A stretch of 64,000 nucleotides of DNA, from the NCBI GenBank assembly GCA_963735595.1, contig CAVTLK010000001.1, positions 896,001-960,000 of the forward strand. Direction: 5' to 3'. Position numbers and translations under genes: made by a program. Positions 1 to 10,044 of the stretch are shown here, piece by piece; positions within the stretch are counted from its first letter, which is position 1; the number at the start of each line of letters is the position of its first letter. This DNA comes from an uncultured delta proteobacterium (lineage in GTDB: Bacteria > Desulfobacterota > Zymogenia > Zymogenales > Zymogenaceae). The notes below the pieces were generated by a model. It searched no databases. It had not been told where the DNA came from and saw only the letters and a list, made by a program, of their open reading frames with translations.

Positions 1-26
1 TTTCACCACCCGCAATGACGGTTTTA

Positions 27-1014
27 TTATCTTACTTTCCCGTCTCCCATGATCTTTTTCAAACGCGCCAGGCCCTCCTCGGCCTCGGCGATGATGTCGG
101 CCATGATTTCCTTGATCGGCTTGACGTCCCCGATGAGGCCCATCCCCTCGCTCACCGAGATGATGCCCATGTCCACGTCGCCGCTGTTGTAGGCCTGTTT
201 GCCGAACTTGCCGGCGGCGTACGTCAGGATCTCCTCCAGCGTCGTGCCCCGCGCCTCGATCTCGCAGACGGTCTTTGCCGTGGCGTTGTCCATGACGCGC
301 ATCGGGTTCTTGATGGAGCGCATCACCACCGCCGTGTCGTTCTCGGTATGGCGAAACGATCCAGTCCTTGAAGTTCTGGTGAATCGGCGTCTCGGTAGCG
401 GCCAAAAACCGTGTCCCCATCAGGACGGCGTCGGCCCCCAGGGCCAGCGCCGCCAAGAGTCCCCTGCCGTCCACGATGCCGCCTGCGGCGATCACCGGGA
501 CCGACAGCGTGCGGGCGGCCTTGTTGATGAGCATCGTCGAGGCCACGTCGGCCATGCCCAGGTGCCCCCCGCCCTCGAACCCCACGATGACCACGGCGTC
601 CGCCCCGACGCTCTCGGCCTTTTTGGCAAAGCGGACCTGGGTGATCTTGTGGATGAGGGGGACCTTTGCGGCCTTGACCAGCGGGATGAACGGCTCGGGC
701 GAGCGGCCGGCCGTCTCGAAGGCGGCGACCTTTTCCTCGATGCCCATGCGGACGATGTCGAGGGTCTGTTCGCCGGGCGATACGTCCGGGAGCATCGAAA
801 TATTAATGCCGAACGGCCCGTCGGTCAGGTCTTTCGCGCGCCTGACTTCTTTGCGCAGCGCCTCGGTCGATTCGAACGAGGCCGACGGCAAAAAGCCCAT
901 GCCCCCGGCATCGGCCACGGCCGCGACCATCTCCGCGAACGACACCCAGTGCATCCCGCCCATGAGGATGGGGTACTTGATGTTGAGCATTTCGGTGATA
1001 CGGGTCTTTATCAT
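27..1014 (-). CDS. Nitronate monooxygenase / 2-nitropropane dioxygenase (FabK-like) family flavoprotein, one frameshift near 345
   Basis: Manual translation from ATG 1014: MIKTRITEMLNIKYPILMGGMHW...GFEGGGH...PVIAAGGIVDGRG...LALGADAVLMGTRF; C-terminus continues in ORF 27..329. Confidence 0.85.
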
Positions 1015-1091
1015 AACGCCTCCGGTGGATGATTGGGTGGACTGGGGGACGCAGTACATGGGTGTTAATTACCCCCGCCTCAATTACAAAG

Positions 1092-1146
1092 CTTAAAGTA
1101 TAACTTCATGCTTTAAGTATATAACAGGGGCGGGAGACGATGTCAA
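1092..1146 (-). promoter_or_regulatory. Putative sigma70 promoter with adjacent inverted repeat for the nitronate monooxygenase gene
   Basis: TTGACA on minus strand (1146-1141), TATATA 17 bp downstream; imperfect palindrome cttaaag..ctttaag at 1092-1117. Confidence 0.4.
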
Positions 1147-1287
1147 GCATTTTTTTGCTGCGCGGGAGAAATGGTGCGTATTTAGGCGCCCGACGGGGCG
1201 CCGGGGGGTGGTTTAAGTAAAAGCTTTACATTCGGAACTATTTATAGTATTATTTACATAATTTTGTACCTATTGGGGAGAAAAGCA

Positions 1288-1663
1288 ATGAAATCCGTTA
1301 AGCTGTTGCTCGTTTTGGCTTTTGTGGTCGTTTTCGCGGCGGCGTTCCTGGGCGGGTGCGAGAAGGCGGCCAAGATCAAGGACACGTACATCACCGAGGC
1401 CCAGACGACGATCGACGAGTATACGGGCAAGATCGACGAGCCTGATCGAGAAGGCGGCGATGCTGCCGAGCCCGGCCAAGGAAGAGGCAATCGTCAAGAT
1501 CGAGATGGCCAAGGCCAAGCTCGAAGAGGGCAAGGTCAAGCTGGAGGAGCTGAAAGGGGCCGAGGCGGCCAAGTGGACCGGGCTGATTGGCGAGCTCAAG
1601 ACCATCCTCGGCGACGCCGCCACGCTCTACAATGACGCGGTCACTGCCGTGGGTGGCATGTAG
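1288..1663 (+). CDS. Helical/coiled-coil lipoprotein, frameshift near 1440
   Basis: RBS GGGGAG; signal peptide with lipobox LGGC; frames 1264..1635 and 1322..1663 join as YTGKID/SLIEKAAMLPSPAKEEA. Confidence 0.7.
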
Positions 1664-1706
1664 ATTCGCCGCGGCCGATCGATTAAAGGTCGAAGTGCAG
1701 ACCTCA

Positions 1707-1738
1707 AAGGCGCCCCCGAAACGGGGCGTCTTTTTTTA
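1707..1738 (+). terminator. Rho-independent terminator
   Basis: ggcgcccc-cgaaac-ggggcgtc hairpin followed by T-run. Confidence 0.7.
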
Positions 1739-1815
1739 TGGGACGGGGGGCTTGACACGGGCGGCCCGTTCGGGCTATCCTCCGCTATCGTTTACCGCTA
1801 TGCGGAGACAGGCCC

Positions 1816-2205
1816 ATGAAACCTTCCAGACTGCCGATCGCTGCGGCCTGTGCCGCCCTGACCGTAATCCTCGCGGCGGCGCTGGCCTGCGGGACCGCGC
1901 GGGTCCCGGAGGCCGGCGACACCTTCATCGCCCAGTGCACGTGGACGCTTTCCGACTACGAGAAAAAGGCCGACGAGTTGGCCCTGAGGGCCGAGACGAT
2001 GCAGAGCCCGTTGCGGGAAGACGCGCAATACAAAGTATACCTGATGAACGTCAAGATCGAGGAAGGCAGGGCCAGGATCGAGGAATTCAAGACGGCACGC
2101 GGCGAACGCCGGAACGAGCTGATCGCCGAGGTCACGGCGATCATGAAGGAGGTCAAGGCGCTCTACGACGAGGCGGTGAAGGCCATGAAGGCGGTGGGGG
2201 AGTAG
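1816..2205 (+). CDS. Helical lipoprotein, distant paralog of 1288..1663
   Basis: Lipobox ALAC; shared pattern DT(Y/F)I...T..(E/D)Y..K.D.L...A....SP..E.A...K.EEG...LY..AV.A. Confidence 0.7.
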   Translation: MKPSRLPIAAACAALTVILAAALACGTARVPEAGDTFIAQCTWTLSDYEKKADELALRAETMQSPLREDAQYKVYLMNVKIEEGRARIEEFKTARGERRNELIAEVTAIMKEVKALYDEAVKAMKAVGE

Positions 2206-2322
2206 GTTACGGTGATCGAACGGCGGTCGTTACGCCGGCATAGATTACGGCCCGCCGGCATTGAGCATGGATACGGGCAGAGGTCCCGGGTATCCGCACG
2301 AAGAAACAATAGCAAGGGCCGT

Positions 2323-2343
2323 GAGGAGATGTGACCCTTTTCC
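2323..2343. repeat. REP-like element (GAGGAGAyxTGACCC family), copy 1
   Basis: gaggagatgtgacccttttcc is the reverse complement of 5205-5225 at 20/21 positions. Confidence 0.55.
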
Positions 2344-2482
2344 TTTCTTGTGAAGCAGCTATCACGGCCGGACGATTGGCGAATCGCGAATGCGGACTGT
2401 CGGATATACTGCGGCAGAATCCCGTTCTTTTTATGGAAAGAGGCGCGCATAGTCATATAGTATAAGCCCGTGGGGAAGCACT

Positions 2483-3667
2483 ATGGAACAAAGCCATAAA
2501 ACAAAGATAGGCCTTATTGGCGCGGGAAATATCTGCCGGGTGGGCCATGGCCCGGCCATCACGGCGGACGGGAGGGCTTATATCGCCGCAATCAGCGATC
2601 CCGATCCGCACAACAGGGACGTCTTCGCAAAAAAGTACCGGGTAAGCGGTGTGTATGAAGATCACCGCGCCATGCTTGAACGTGAAGACCTGGATGCCGT
2701 TGTCATATCGTCGCCCCCGTGGCTTCACGCGCGTCATGTCCAGGACGCCGCCGAAAAAGGCCTTCCTATCCTGTGCGAAAAACCGATGGCGACGACTCTT
2801 GAAGACTGCCGTACAATAATCGAGGCGGGCAAAAAACACAACGTCTATATTCTCATGGGCCACTGCAAGCGTTTTGAACCGGGGCACGAGAGAATCAGGG
2901 AATTGCTGACGAAAAACGCCCTGGGAAGGATCTTCCAGGTCAACGTCTTCTGGTACTTTTTCATTCCGGATTTTACCGCAGGCCGGCTCGGGGCTCTTGT
3001 CAGCAAGCTCAAGGAATACGGGTTCGATATTGTGCAGAAGTTCGGTTTCTGGAGGTACAGCGACCTCAGGGCCGGGGGAGGCGACTTTTTCGACCACGCG
3101 CCGCACTACATCGACATTATCCGGTTCTACGGAATGGAGATCGAACAGGTTTCGTGCGAAACCAAGCGGTGTTACCCGAACGCTCGCCCGTATGAGGACC
3201 TGGCCGTGGCCACGTTCAAGCTTTCCAACGGCGCAGTCTTTCTCTATGACAAGAACGTCATCCGCACGGGAAGCCCGTATGGTTTTGAGCGTGGATATAT
3301 ATACGGGGAAAAGGGAAAGATCGCTTTCAGGGCCCGTCACGCCTACAAGAAACGCCGGATGAAAGTAGGGATCTACCGTCTTTCCAACATACTCCATAAT
3401 TTTTATTACCCTGCCCTGCCCCCGTACGGCAGGGGAAATACGATGTTTTACCGGCAGATGAAATACTTCATCGATCAAGTCCGCAACGAGAATACGATGA
3501 AAAACGGTATCTCCGGGACGTGGGGCGCCACGCCGGAAGACTCGTACCTCACCATCGCCTGGACCCTTGCATCGTACAAGTCCGCCAGGGACGGGATAAA
3601 GATCACGCGCGAGAACCTGTTCGATGAGATAGAGACGTTTAAGACCGGTCTCCCTCATGACTGGTAA
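2483..3667 (+). CDS. Gfo/Idh/MocA family NAD(P)-dependent oxidoreductase
   Basis: IGLIGAGNI Rossmann motif, LCEKPMA, GGGDFFDHAPHYID. Confidence 0.9.
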   Translation: MEQSHKTKIGLIGAGNICRVGHGPAITADGRAYIAAISDPDPHNRDVFAKKYRVSGVYEDHRAMLEREDLDAVVISSPPWLHARHVQDAAEKGLPILCEKPMATTLEDCRTIIEAGKKHNVYILMGHCKRFEPGHERIRELLTKNALGRIFQVNVFWYFFIPDFTAGRLGALVSKLKEYGFDIVQKFGFWRYSDLRAGGGDFFDHAPHYIDIIRFYGMEIEQVSCETKRCYPNARPYEDLAVATFKLSNGAVFLYDKNVIRTGSPYGFERGYIYGEKGKIAFRARHAYKKRRMKVGIYRLSNILHNFYYPALPPYGRGNTMFYRQMKYFIDQVRNENTMKNGISGTWGATPEDSYLTIAWTLASYKSARDGIKITRENLFDEIETFKTGLPHDW

Positions 3668-3762
3668 TATCCGCCTTGCCTTGAAACAAAGAAGCCCGGT
3701 AACAGGCCTGACGTTTTGTGAAGTGACCGCGCCACGTAAAACTGCAACAAGGAGGTTGTCTG

Positions 3763-5156
3763 ATGGAAGGTAAGAAACTGTCTCTCGGCGTTAAAATCGG
3801 ATACGGCGTCTGCGATTTCGGAGGGAACCTATTTTTCACCGCTACTGCGTTCGTCCTGATGATATATATAACCGACACCATGGGGCTCAAAGCGGGCCTC
3901 GCGGGAACGGCGCTTTTCATCGGAAGGATATGGGACGCCTTTTACGACACCGTGATCGGCTATGTCTCGGACAGGACACGCACCAGGCTCGGCAGACGCA
4001 GGCCCTACATGCTGGCGGGGGCCGTGCCGCTTGGCATAGCGATGATCCTCATGTTCACGAACCCGGCGCTTTTCAAAGAAAACCTCAGCCAGGCCGAGCT
4101 CTTCATATTCACCACACTCGTCTATATATTCCTCTGCACGGCATATTCCACGGTCAACATCCCCTACTGCTCCATGACGCCTGAGCTCACCGACGACTAT
4201 CATGAAAGGACGTCGCTGACGGGATACCGGTTCGGGTTCGCCGCGATCGGCACCCTGATGGGCGCGGGCGCGGCCTGGCCGATAGTCGGCCTCCTGAAGG
4301 ACAAGAACATGGGCTTCATCCTCCTCGGGGCCGTCTACGGGGGAATAATGATGGTGACCGCCCTGACCACGGTGTTCACGACAAAAGAGCCGGTAGATCT
4401 GAAACCGGCCGGGTCCGTGGGCTTTTTCAAGACATACCTCGAGGTCTTCAAGAACAAGCCCTATCTTATCATACTGTCCACCTACATCCTCCACATCATC
4501 GCTATCACGATCGTGAGCCAGGTGGCCGCCTATTACTTCGACTACGTCCTTGCCGCGCGGAACGTCATGAACCCGAAAGACGAGATAACCAAGGCGATGC
4601 TGATACTGATCGGGACCGCCTTCCTGTTTATCCCGGTCAGCGTTTTTATGAGCAAGAAGCTCGGCAAGAAGCTCGTCTATGGGGCGGGTTTTTTCATCAT
4701 GTCGGCCGGGCTGGTGGCGCTGTTCATGTTCGGCGACAAACAACCGATCAGCTTTACGATGATCATGATGCTCATAATGGGCGTCGGGGCTCGGCCTGCT
4801 GTACGTACCGCCGTTCACGATAGTGGCCGACGCGATCGAATACGGTTATCTCCAGACGGGCGAACGGAGGGAAGGCTCGTTCTTCGGCATCTGGACATGG
4901 GGATTAAAGCTCGGCCAGGCGCTGGCGGCCCTTTCGATGGGCTGGATACTTCAGCTCATGGGTTACGTCAAAGGCGTCCTGCCGCAGGCCCCCAGCGCGG
5001 AGCTGGGCATCAGGCTGCTGCTGGGTCCGATCTCGGTTGCCGTATTCATATTGGCCGCAGTTGGTGCTTTATTTCTATCCGATAACGGAAAAACGGTATT
5101 CCGAGATACAGGGGCAGATAAAGGAGATGGAGGCGGCAAAGGCTAAAGCTAAATGA
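3763..5156 (+). CDS. MFS transporter, glycoside-pentoside-hexuronide (MelB-like) family, frameshifts near 4790 and 5080
   Basis: KIGYG..DFGGN, RIWDAF.D..IG..SDRTRTRLGRRRPY, ELTDDYHERTSL; C-terminal ADAIEYG...TGERREGSFFG in a second frame. Confidence 0.88.
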
Positions 5157-5202
5157 CGCCGCGATAGCGCGCCCTGTTGAGGAAAGGGAAAAGGCAAGGA
5201 AA

Positions 5203-5307
5203 GGGGAAAAGGGTCACGTCTCCTCGTGACTCTTTTCCCCCGTTTTCTCATGTTCGGCTATTGCCCCCGTTCAACCTGCGTGAGCTAAGAGGAGACCTGA
5301 GCCCTTA
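5203..5307. repeat. REP-like hairpin/doublet after the MFS gene
   Basis: ggggaaaagggtcacg / cgtgactcttttcccc stem (15/16) plus an inverted degenerate copy gaggagacctgagccctt at about 5290-5307. Confidence 0.5.
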
Positions 5308-5470
5308 CGACTTACGAGGAAGCGGAGGAGGCGGTGGGGAGGTAATGGAGTGGGAAAGTTGGCACGGAAACGGACTTGAGTATACGATTAGGTCATATTA
5401 GAAAAGGCATTACGGATAACCGTAAATATGGGCAAAGATGAGTCGTGTCCTCGTATACTTGTCTTTTCGA

Positions 5471-5983
5471 TTAGTCTTCTTGATGTACGAATTCCCTCGT
5501 AGCAGTCTGAATCTTTGCTAGGATTCTATTGCATATTTTTAATAAAGCATCGCCGCTATTGAGACCCATTTCTGCCAATCGCCTTTCCGGTTCGCGACGA
5601 GTACTGATTGCCTCATTAATTGAAAGGACCTCCTCCCCGAAAGCCTCAAAAGCGGTGTCAAATTCTTGAACCTCGTTCTCGAATTCCTTACCGAAAAGGC
5701 CTAAGACATATCTTAGTTGTTCCTGCGCCATATCATAATTAGGTGTTGTTTCTGGCGGGAATCCTTTAATAATCCGTATGAAATTCGTTCGAGTTGTTTG
5801 TGTGAATATCACAATTTTCCTTATTATCTGAGCCGCTTCTTCTAACTTCTCTCTTCTATAATTCTTTTTCACAGTCGTCGAAATAAAGACATCGTAGTTG
5901 ATTTTCATCCCCAAAATTGAAAGCAGGAATCCCAAGATAGTTCCAATACTAGTAAATATTAAGTTAATAGCCCATGTATTCAT
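5471..5983 (-). CDS. Hypothetical protein, N-terminal TM helix then helical domain (AT-rich island)
   Basis: 170-aa ORF with hydrophobic N-terminus LIFTSIGTILGFLLSILGM. Confidence 0.65.
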   Translation of the reverse strand: MNTWAINLIFTSIGTILGFLLSILGMKINYDVFISTTVKKNYRREKLEEAAQIIRKIVIFTQTTRTNFIRIIKGFPPETTPNYDMAQEQLRYVLGLFGKEFENEVQEFDTAFEAFGEEVLSINEAISTRREPERRLAEMGLNSGDALLKICNRILAKIQTATREFVHQED

Positions 5984-6122
5984 GTTTGATCATACCCATC
6001 TAGTATTAGAATTAATATAATGTAAATTCGTCTTAATTTCGCTCGGCAGCTCGGATAGGACTAGCAAACCGGGAAGCGCTTGGCTTTCATAAATCATTTT
6101 ATGAGCAAAGGAGGAGATGCTT

Positions 6123-7718
6123 TCACCTAAAATTTAGGAATAGAGAGCTGAAAATCTCTGGTAGGTAATTAACCTTGATTTTATCTGAAATTGTGTAGAT
6201 CTTATACTGCAATTCTTTAACTTCGAGAGTGCCATTACATTCATAATAGTCCGATAAGAGCTTGATTAGAGCATCGCCATTGAATTCGGAAATGCCTTTA
6301 GCTTTAAAGAATTCGAGTAAGAGGAATATTGAACCTGCGATCCTAGTTGCTTTCATATCCCAGTTACTGACTCCTATATCTATAATATCGTACGCTAATT
6401 CAATAGCGTTCTTCGAGAAGTTTGGATTTAGTATCGTGTTGTCTTTGTTGATCTTAATATCAAAGCAATATTTCGCGGTCTGATAGATTTTCGAATTCTC
6501 ACCTTCGTAGTATTCAAGTATACTAATCGCCTCCTTATGGCTGGTTGGAATAATTCTATGGTCACAGCACGAAGAAAAAGCAAGATCTAAACCTGCTCTT
6601 ATAAAGCTGTAGACTAATTTTAAGTCTCTAGGCAACGAAGGCTTTTCTTTTGATAGCATAATAATCTTTAAAAGAAGAACCCTCAGTCTAAAATGCCACG
6701 TATCATATCCATTTAAATCAGTAAAGTCGGCCGCAATCATCGGATAATGGGAACGGATTTCTATGCCATCTATTCTCATTGCGAGGGTCAAGAAATTTGC
6801 TAAATATATTATATCCGCATCTAGTATAGTTCTCTCTGTATAGCATCTAAATCCTATATGAGTTCTAATAATAGATGAATTCCTAAGGATTTTTAGCCTT
6901 GAAATCCAGTCAAGTATTCCTCTCTTATCTTTTTCCTTCAACGGCTCCTTAGAAATAAAGAGTAAATCATAATCGCTTAGGATTAGGGTGCTTCCATTGT
7001 ATTGTACGTAACTTAATTCATTTGTTACGGCGCTTCCCATTAGATAAGTACTTATGATATTCCCATCCAGTAATTCCCTCGCTGAATGTATGTCACCGTA
7101 AACTATATCATTAACTAATTGTGATTTGTTCATTGGAGTCCATACAACTGAAGTATCAACCATATGATCAAGAATAATCTTCATTAAACGTGACTCTTGA
7201 TCATTACTCTTCTCTATTCTTGTCTCGAAACTCTTAGAACCACGATAATAGCTAATTATGTTTGGAAAATCCACTTCATCTATTCTATCTAGTTTCTCAA
7301 ATTCGTTTTCGATCTTTAGGAATACATCATAGTCAGATACGCCGTTATAAAATTTTCCATATCTATTTAAAACCGCTTTCTCTTTTAGGCTCCTTTCGGC
7401 GTTACAGAATATAAGAATGATGGGGATATTATATTCATAACAAATCCTTCGTAGTTTCTCTCTCCATTTTCTTTTATAGAAAGACGCATCAACTACAACA
7501 TTTTCCCCGTTATCTAAATACTCTTTAAGTAAAAAGAAGAGTTCGTTATAAGTAGACTCTGTACTATGTTCGCCGAAATCAAAAGTAGTATTCTCTTCGC
7601 GAATTCTATCTGTTCCAAGGTATCTTAATCCTAAGAGATACGAGAGATTTCTGGCAAGTGTAGTTTTGCCAGTACCTATATAGCCAATAACAAGAATGCA
7701 GTATTTTTCTGTATACAT
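6123..7718 (-). CDS. Fusion of P-loop nucleotide kinase (AAA_33-like), Pol-beta-superfamily nucleotidyltransferase and C-terminal helical bundle
   Basis: Walker A GYIGTGKTT, TDRIRE, VVVDASF; NTase motif LMGSAVTNE...SDYDLLFI; helical C-terminus with PTSHKEAI. Confidence 0.75.
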   Translation of the reverse strand: MYTEKYCILVIGYIGTGKTTLARNLSYLLGLRYLGTDRIREENTTFDFGEHSTESTYNELFFLLKEYLDNGENVVVDASFYKRKWREKLRRICYEYNIPIILIFCNAERSLKEKAVLNRYGKFYNGVSDYDVFLKIENEFEKLDRIDEVDFPNIISYYRGSKSFETRIEKSNDQESRLMKIILDHMVDTSVVWTPMNKSQLVNDIVYGDIHSARELLDGNIISTYLMGSAVTNELSYVQYNGSTLILSDYDLLFISKEPLKEKDKRGILDWISRLKILRNSSIIRTHIGFRCYTERTILDADIIYLANFLTLAMRIDGIEIRSHYPMIAADFTDLNGYDTWHFRLRVLLLKIIMLSKEKPSLPRDLKLVYSFIRAGLDLAFSSCCDHRIIPTSHKEAISILEYYEGENSKIYQTAKYCFDIKINKDNTILNPNFSKNAIELAYDIIDIGVSNWDMKATRIAGSIFLLLEFFKAKGISEFNGDALIKLLSDYYECNGTLEVKELQYKIYTISDKIKVNYLPEIFSSLFLNFR

Positions 7719-7749
7719 GTCGCTATTTAGTAAAAGAACTATTTTGCTA

Positions 7750-10044
7750 TTATCTAGTCACGATGGTGCCTTTGTAAACAGTGGCTCCACGGTTCTTCCA
7801 GTTTTCGATAAGCTTGCCGGTCTTCTCGGTCTCTTTAATTCTGACCTCATCTATTATAAGCTCTTGGCCCCGTCTTCGTGAATCGAAATCCAGATATAGA
7901 TCTATTGGATAAGCGGCAAAACTTAAGTCCTTGCGTGTAAAGGGAATTAGCTTAAAGGAATTACCAATCAGTGGTGGTGTTGTTCCTGATAGAGTACCAG
8001 AAACAAGATTCATAACGTTTACCCCGGGATCGTCCTTAAATGCTTTACCAAATCCATCTTCTTCGTGTTCATGACCTGATAACACTACATAGAAACTGTT
8101 TTCTTTCAGCTCATCTGTAAACCGGTCTTTCTCTCGAAGTAACGGTCCATGAACGACCATTATTTTTAGGAAATCGGTATTCGAATATTTCTTTATGTCT
8201 TCCTCCAAGTGCGCCCATATATTTTCAACTAGCGTTTCATGTCGTGTATGCTTGTAAACCTGGTTATTCCAATCGATTGTTTGTACTGTGTTTAGAGATA
8301 CGATTAATAACTTCATTTCGGGAATTTCGTGTATCGTATACTGCTTCTTTTTGTTAAAAAGATTTAAGGACAAAATCTCGTGTTCACCATAATGGTAGAA
8401 ATCGTAAACAAACTTCTCATAAGGAGAAAACCGATACTGTGATAATTCGCCACTAATCTCATCTTCTTTAACAACGTAAACTCTTTCTGCTTCCCCTTTA
8501 CCATCAATAAAAACCCTATTCGCCTTTAGTGCCTTAGTAAGATTCTCAGCCCCTTTTCCCGATTTTAAGTCTCTGAGCTGTACTGGATCTAGATACCTGG
8601 CTTTCGAAATAGTCCAGTTCATGTCATGATTACCCGGTGAAAATATTACTCTATTAAGGCTAATGTTGAAAGATTTCGCGATATCCAGTATATGTGTTTT
8701 TACTTGATTAAATTCAACTTCACTCGCTTTAGACGAGATATCCCCACTAATTACAAGTATATTTGGCTGTATTTCATGTTTGCGCATGAAATCGAGTAGA
8801 CCTCTTTTAAAATGAGCCAATATTTGTATTTGTACTTCGTCACCGAACTGTATATCTGACAAATGAAGAATTATTGGTTCCTTTTCCCCGATGAAAGGCG
8901 ATTCCTTAACTACGCCGGTCAGAGTTCCTGGTTTCGATAGAACTAACGATAGTACTTCGCTTTCACTAGACGGATATAGGTCCTTTAACATACTGATACA
9001 AACCGCGGTCGTATAGACCTTGTTGAAAGTTGAATATTCCCCGGATGCAGGTGGGTCGGATTTTAAATGTCCATTGCCTGAAGCTACGAAATTTGACTTT
9101 TGATTAATAATGAATTCAATTGCTGTATCGCCTCCACCTAAAATAGCTTTTCTCTGCAATTCCTCCAAGATTCGTTGTAGATCAGGATTTCTCTGAATAT
9201 ATTCGCATCTTGAATAGATATTAAGAGCATAGATATTATAAATGTTAGTAACGCTACTTTGCTCGTTCCAACAGAAATTTCCGTTTGGCATGGATATATG
9301 CGAATTAATATATTGTAAGCATTCGCGAATAAAGGTATCCGTATTTATCCCGAGAGACGAAAGCAAATCCTTATATTTATCATATAAAGTAGAGCTATAT
9401 AGTAGCGTTAAACAAAGCAACGCATATGATACTCTTGTTGATAGAGTATTGCGTAAGAACGATCTAGTTGCTTTTATAAAAAGCCCTAGCAAAACCGCTA
9501 TTTCTTCTTCACTAAGACCTATAGTATTTCTTGCTCTGAGCATATTGGAAAGAATGTGATAGGGTGCTTCGTGTTCAATAGACTTTAAGAATTTCTCAGA
9601 GTTCTTTTCGTCAACTACGTTATAAGCCTTTAATGCATCACTACTGTTACGAATATAAGTGTGAATATCGGCGATAACTTTCTGATAGAACGCTTCGATT
9701 TCAGCCGAATCAGGATCTCTCTGTTTTAAATCTAGCAGTACACCGAGAATTGGAAAAGACTTCTTCCTTGGCATCTTATCATAGTTCCGGCTTAGCCATT
9801 GTATCGGATACGCTAATAATACGGAGTTTAGAGAAAAATTGAAACTCACCAAAACCTCGATAACTTTTTGCGTAGTTGTCCAAATATCCTGTTCTTCTGA
9901 TCCGTGGAGGGTCCAATCATATTCGTTGCCCGTCAGTTCAGAACCTCCCCAAAGTCCGGGGTACACGCCTCTGCAATTTTGTTTTCTTAGTACCCAAACC
10001 AGGAAATCTGACACCAATAGGAGCGTCCTTTCTTTTGTAATCAT
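7750..10044 (-). CDS. N-terminal helical (alpha/alpha-toroid-like) domain fused to a C-terminal calcineurin-like metallophosphoesterase
   Basis: MPE motifs HLSDIQFG, VISGDIS, PGNHD, VVHGP, SGHEH; start ATG 10044 with GAGGAG RBS; N-terminal QW-like motifs are inferred. Confidence 0.75.
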   Translation of the reverse strand: MITKERTLLLVSDFLVWVLRKQNCRGVYPGLWGGSELTGNEYDWTLHGSEEQDIWTTTQKVIEVLVSFNFSLNSVLLAYPIQWLSRNYDKMPRKKSFPILGVLLDLKQRDPDSAEIEAFYQKVIADIHTYIRNSSDALKAYNVVDEKNSEKFLKSIEHEAPYHILSNMLRARNTIGLSEEEIAVLLGLFIKATRSFLRNTLSTRVSYALLCLTLLYSSTLYDKYKDLLSSLGINTDTFIRECLQYINSHISMPNGNFCWNEQSSVTNIYNIYALNIYSRCEYIQRNPDLQRILEELQRKAILGGGDTAIEFIINQKSNFVASGNGHLKSDPPASGEYSTFNKVYTTAVCISMLKDLYPSSESEVLSLVLSKPGTLTGVVKESPFIGEKEPIILHLSDIQFGDEVQIQILAHFKRGLLDFMRKHEIQPNILVISGDISSKASEVEFNQVKTHILDIAKSFNISLNRVIFSPGNHDMNWTISKARYLDPVQLRDLKSGKGAENLTKALKANRVFIDGKGEAERVYVVKEDEISGELSQYRFSPYEKFVYDFYHYGEHEILSLNLFNKKKQYTIHEIPEMKLLIVSLNTVQTIDWNNQVYKHTRHETLVENIWAHLEEDIKKYSNTDFLKIMVVHGPLLREKDRFTDELKENSFYVVLSGHEHEEDGFGKAFKDDPGVNVMNLVSGTLSGTTPPLIGNSFKLIPFTRKDLSFAAYPIDLYLDFDSRRRGQELIIDEVRIKETEKTGKLIENWKNRGATVYKGTIVTR

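Noticed and set aside
5984..6122. Integron attC site or ncRNA between island genes
   Set aside because: No complementary RYYYAAC/GTTRRRY core pair or convincing structure found; no integrase in the window
6123..7718. Calling the NTase a CBASS CD-NTase or a canonical MNT-HEPN toxin-antitoxin
   Set aside because: No Cap2/Cap3, SAVED, patatin or TIR neighbours, no Rx4-6H HEPN motif, and the kinase fusion does not fit either
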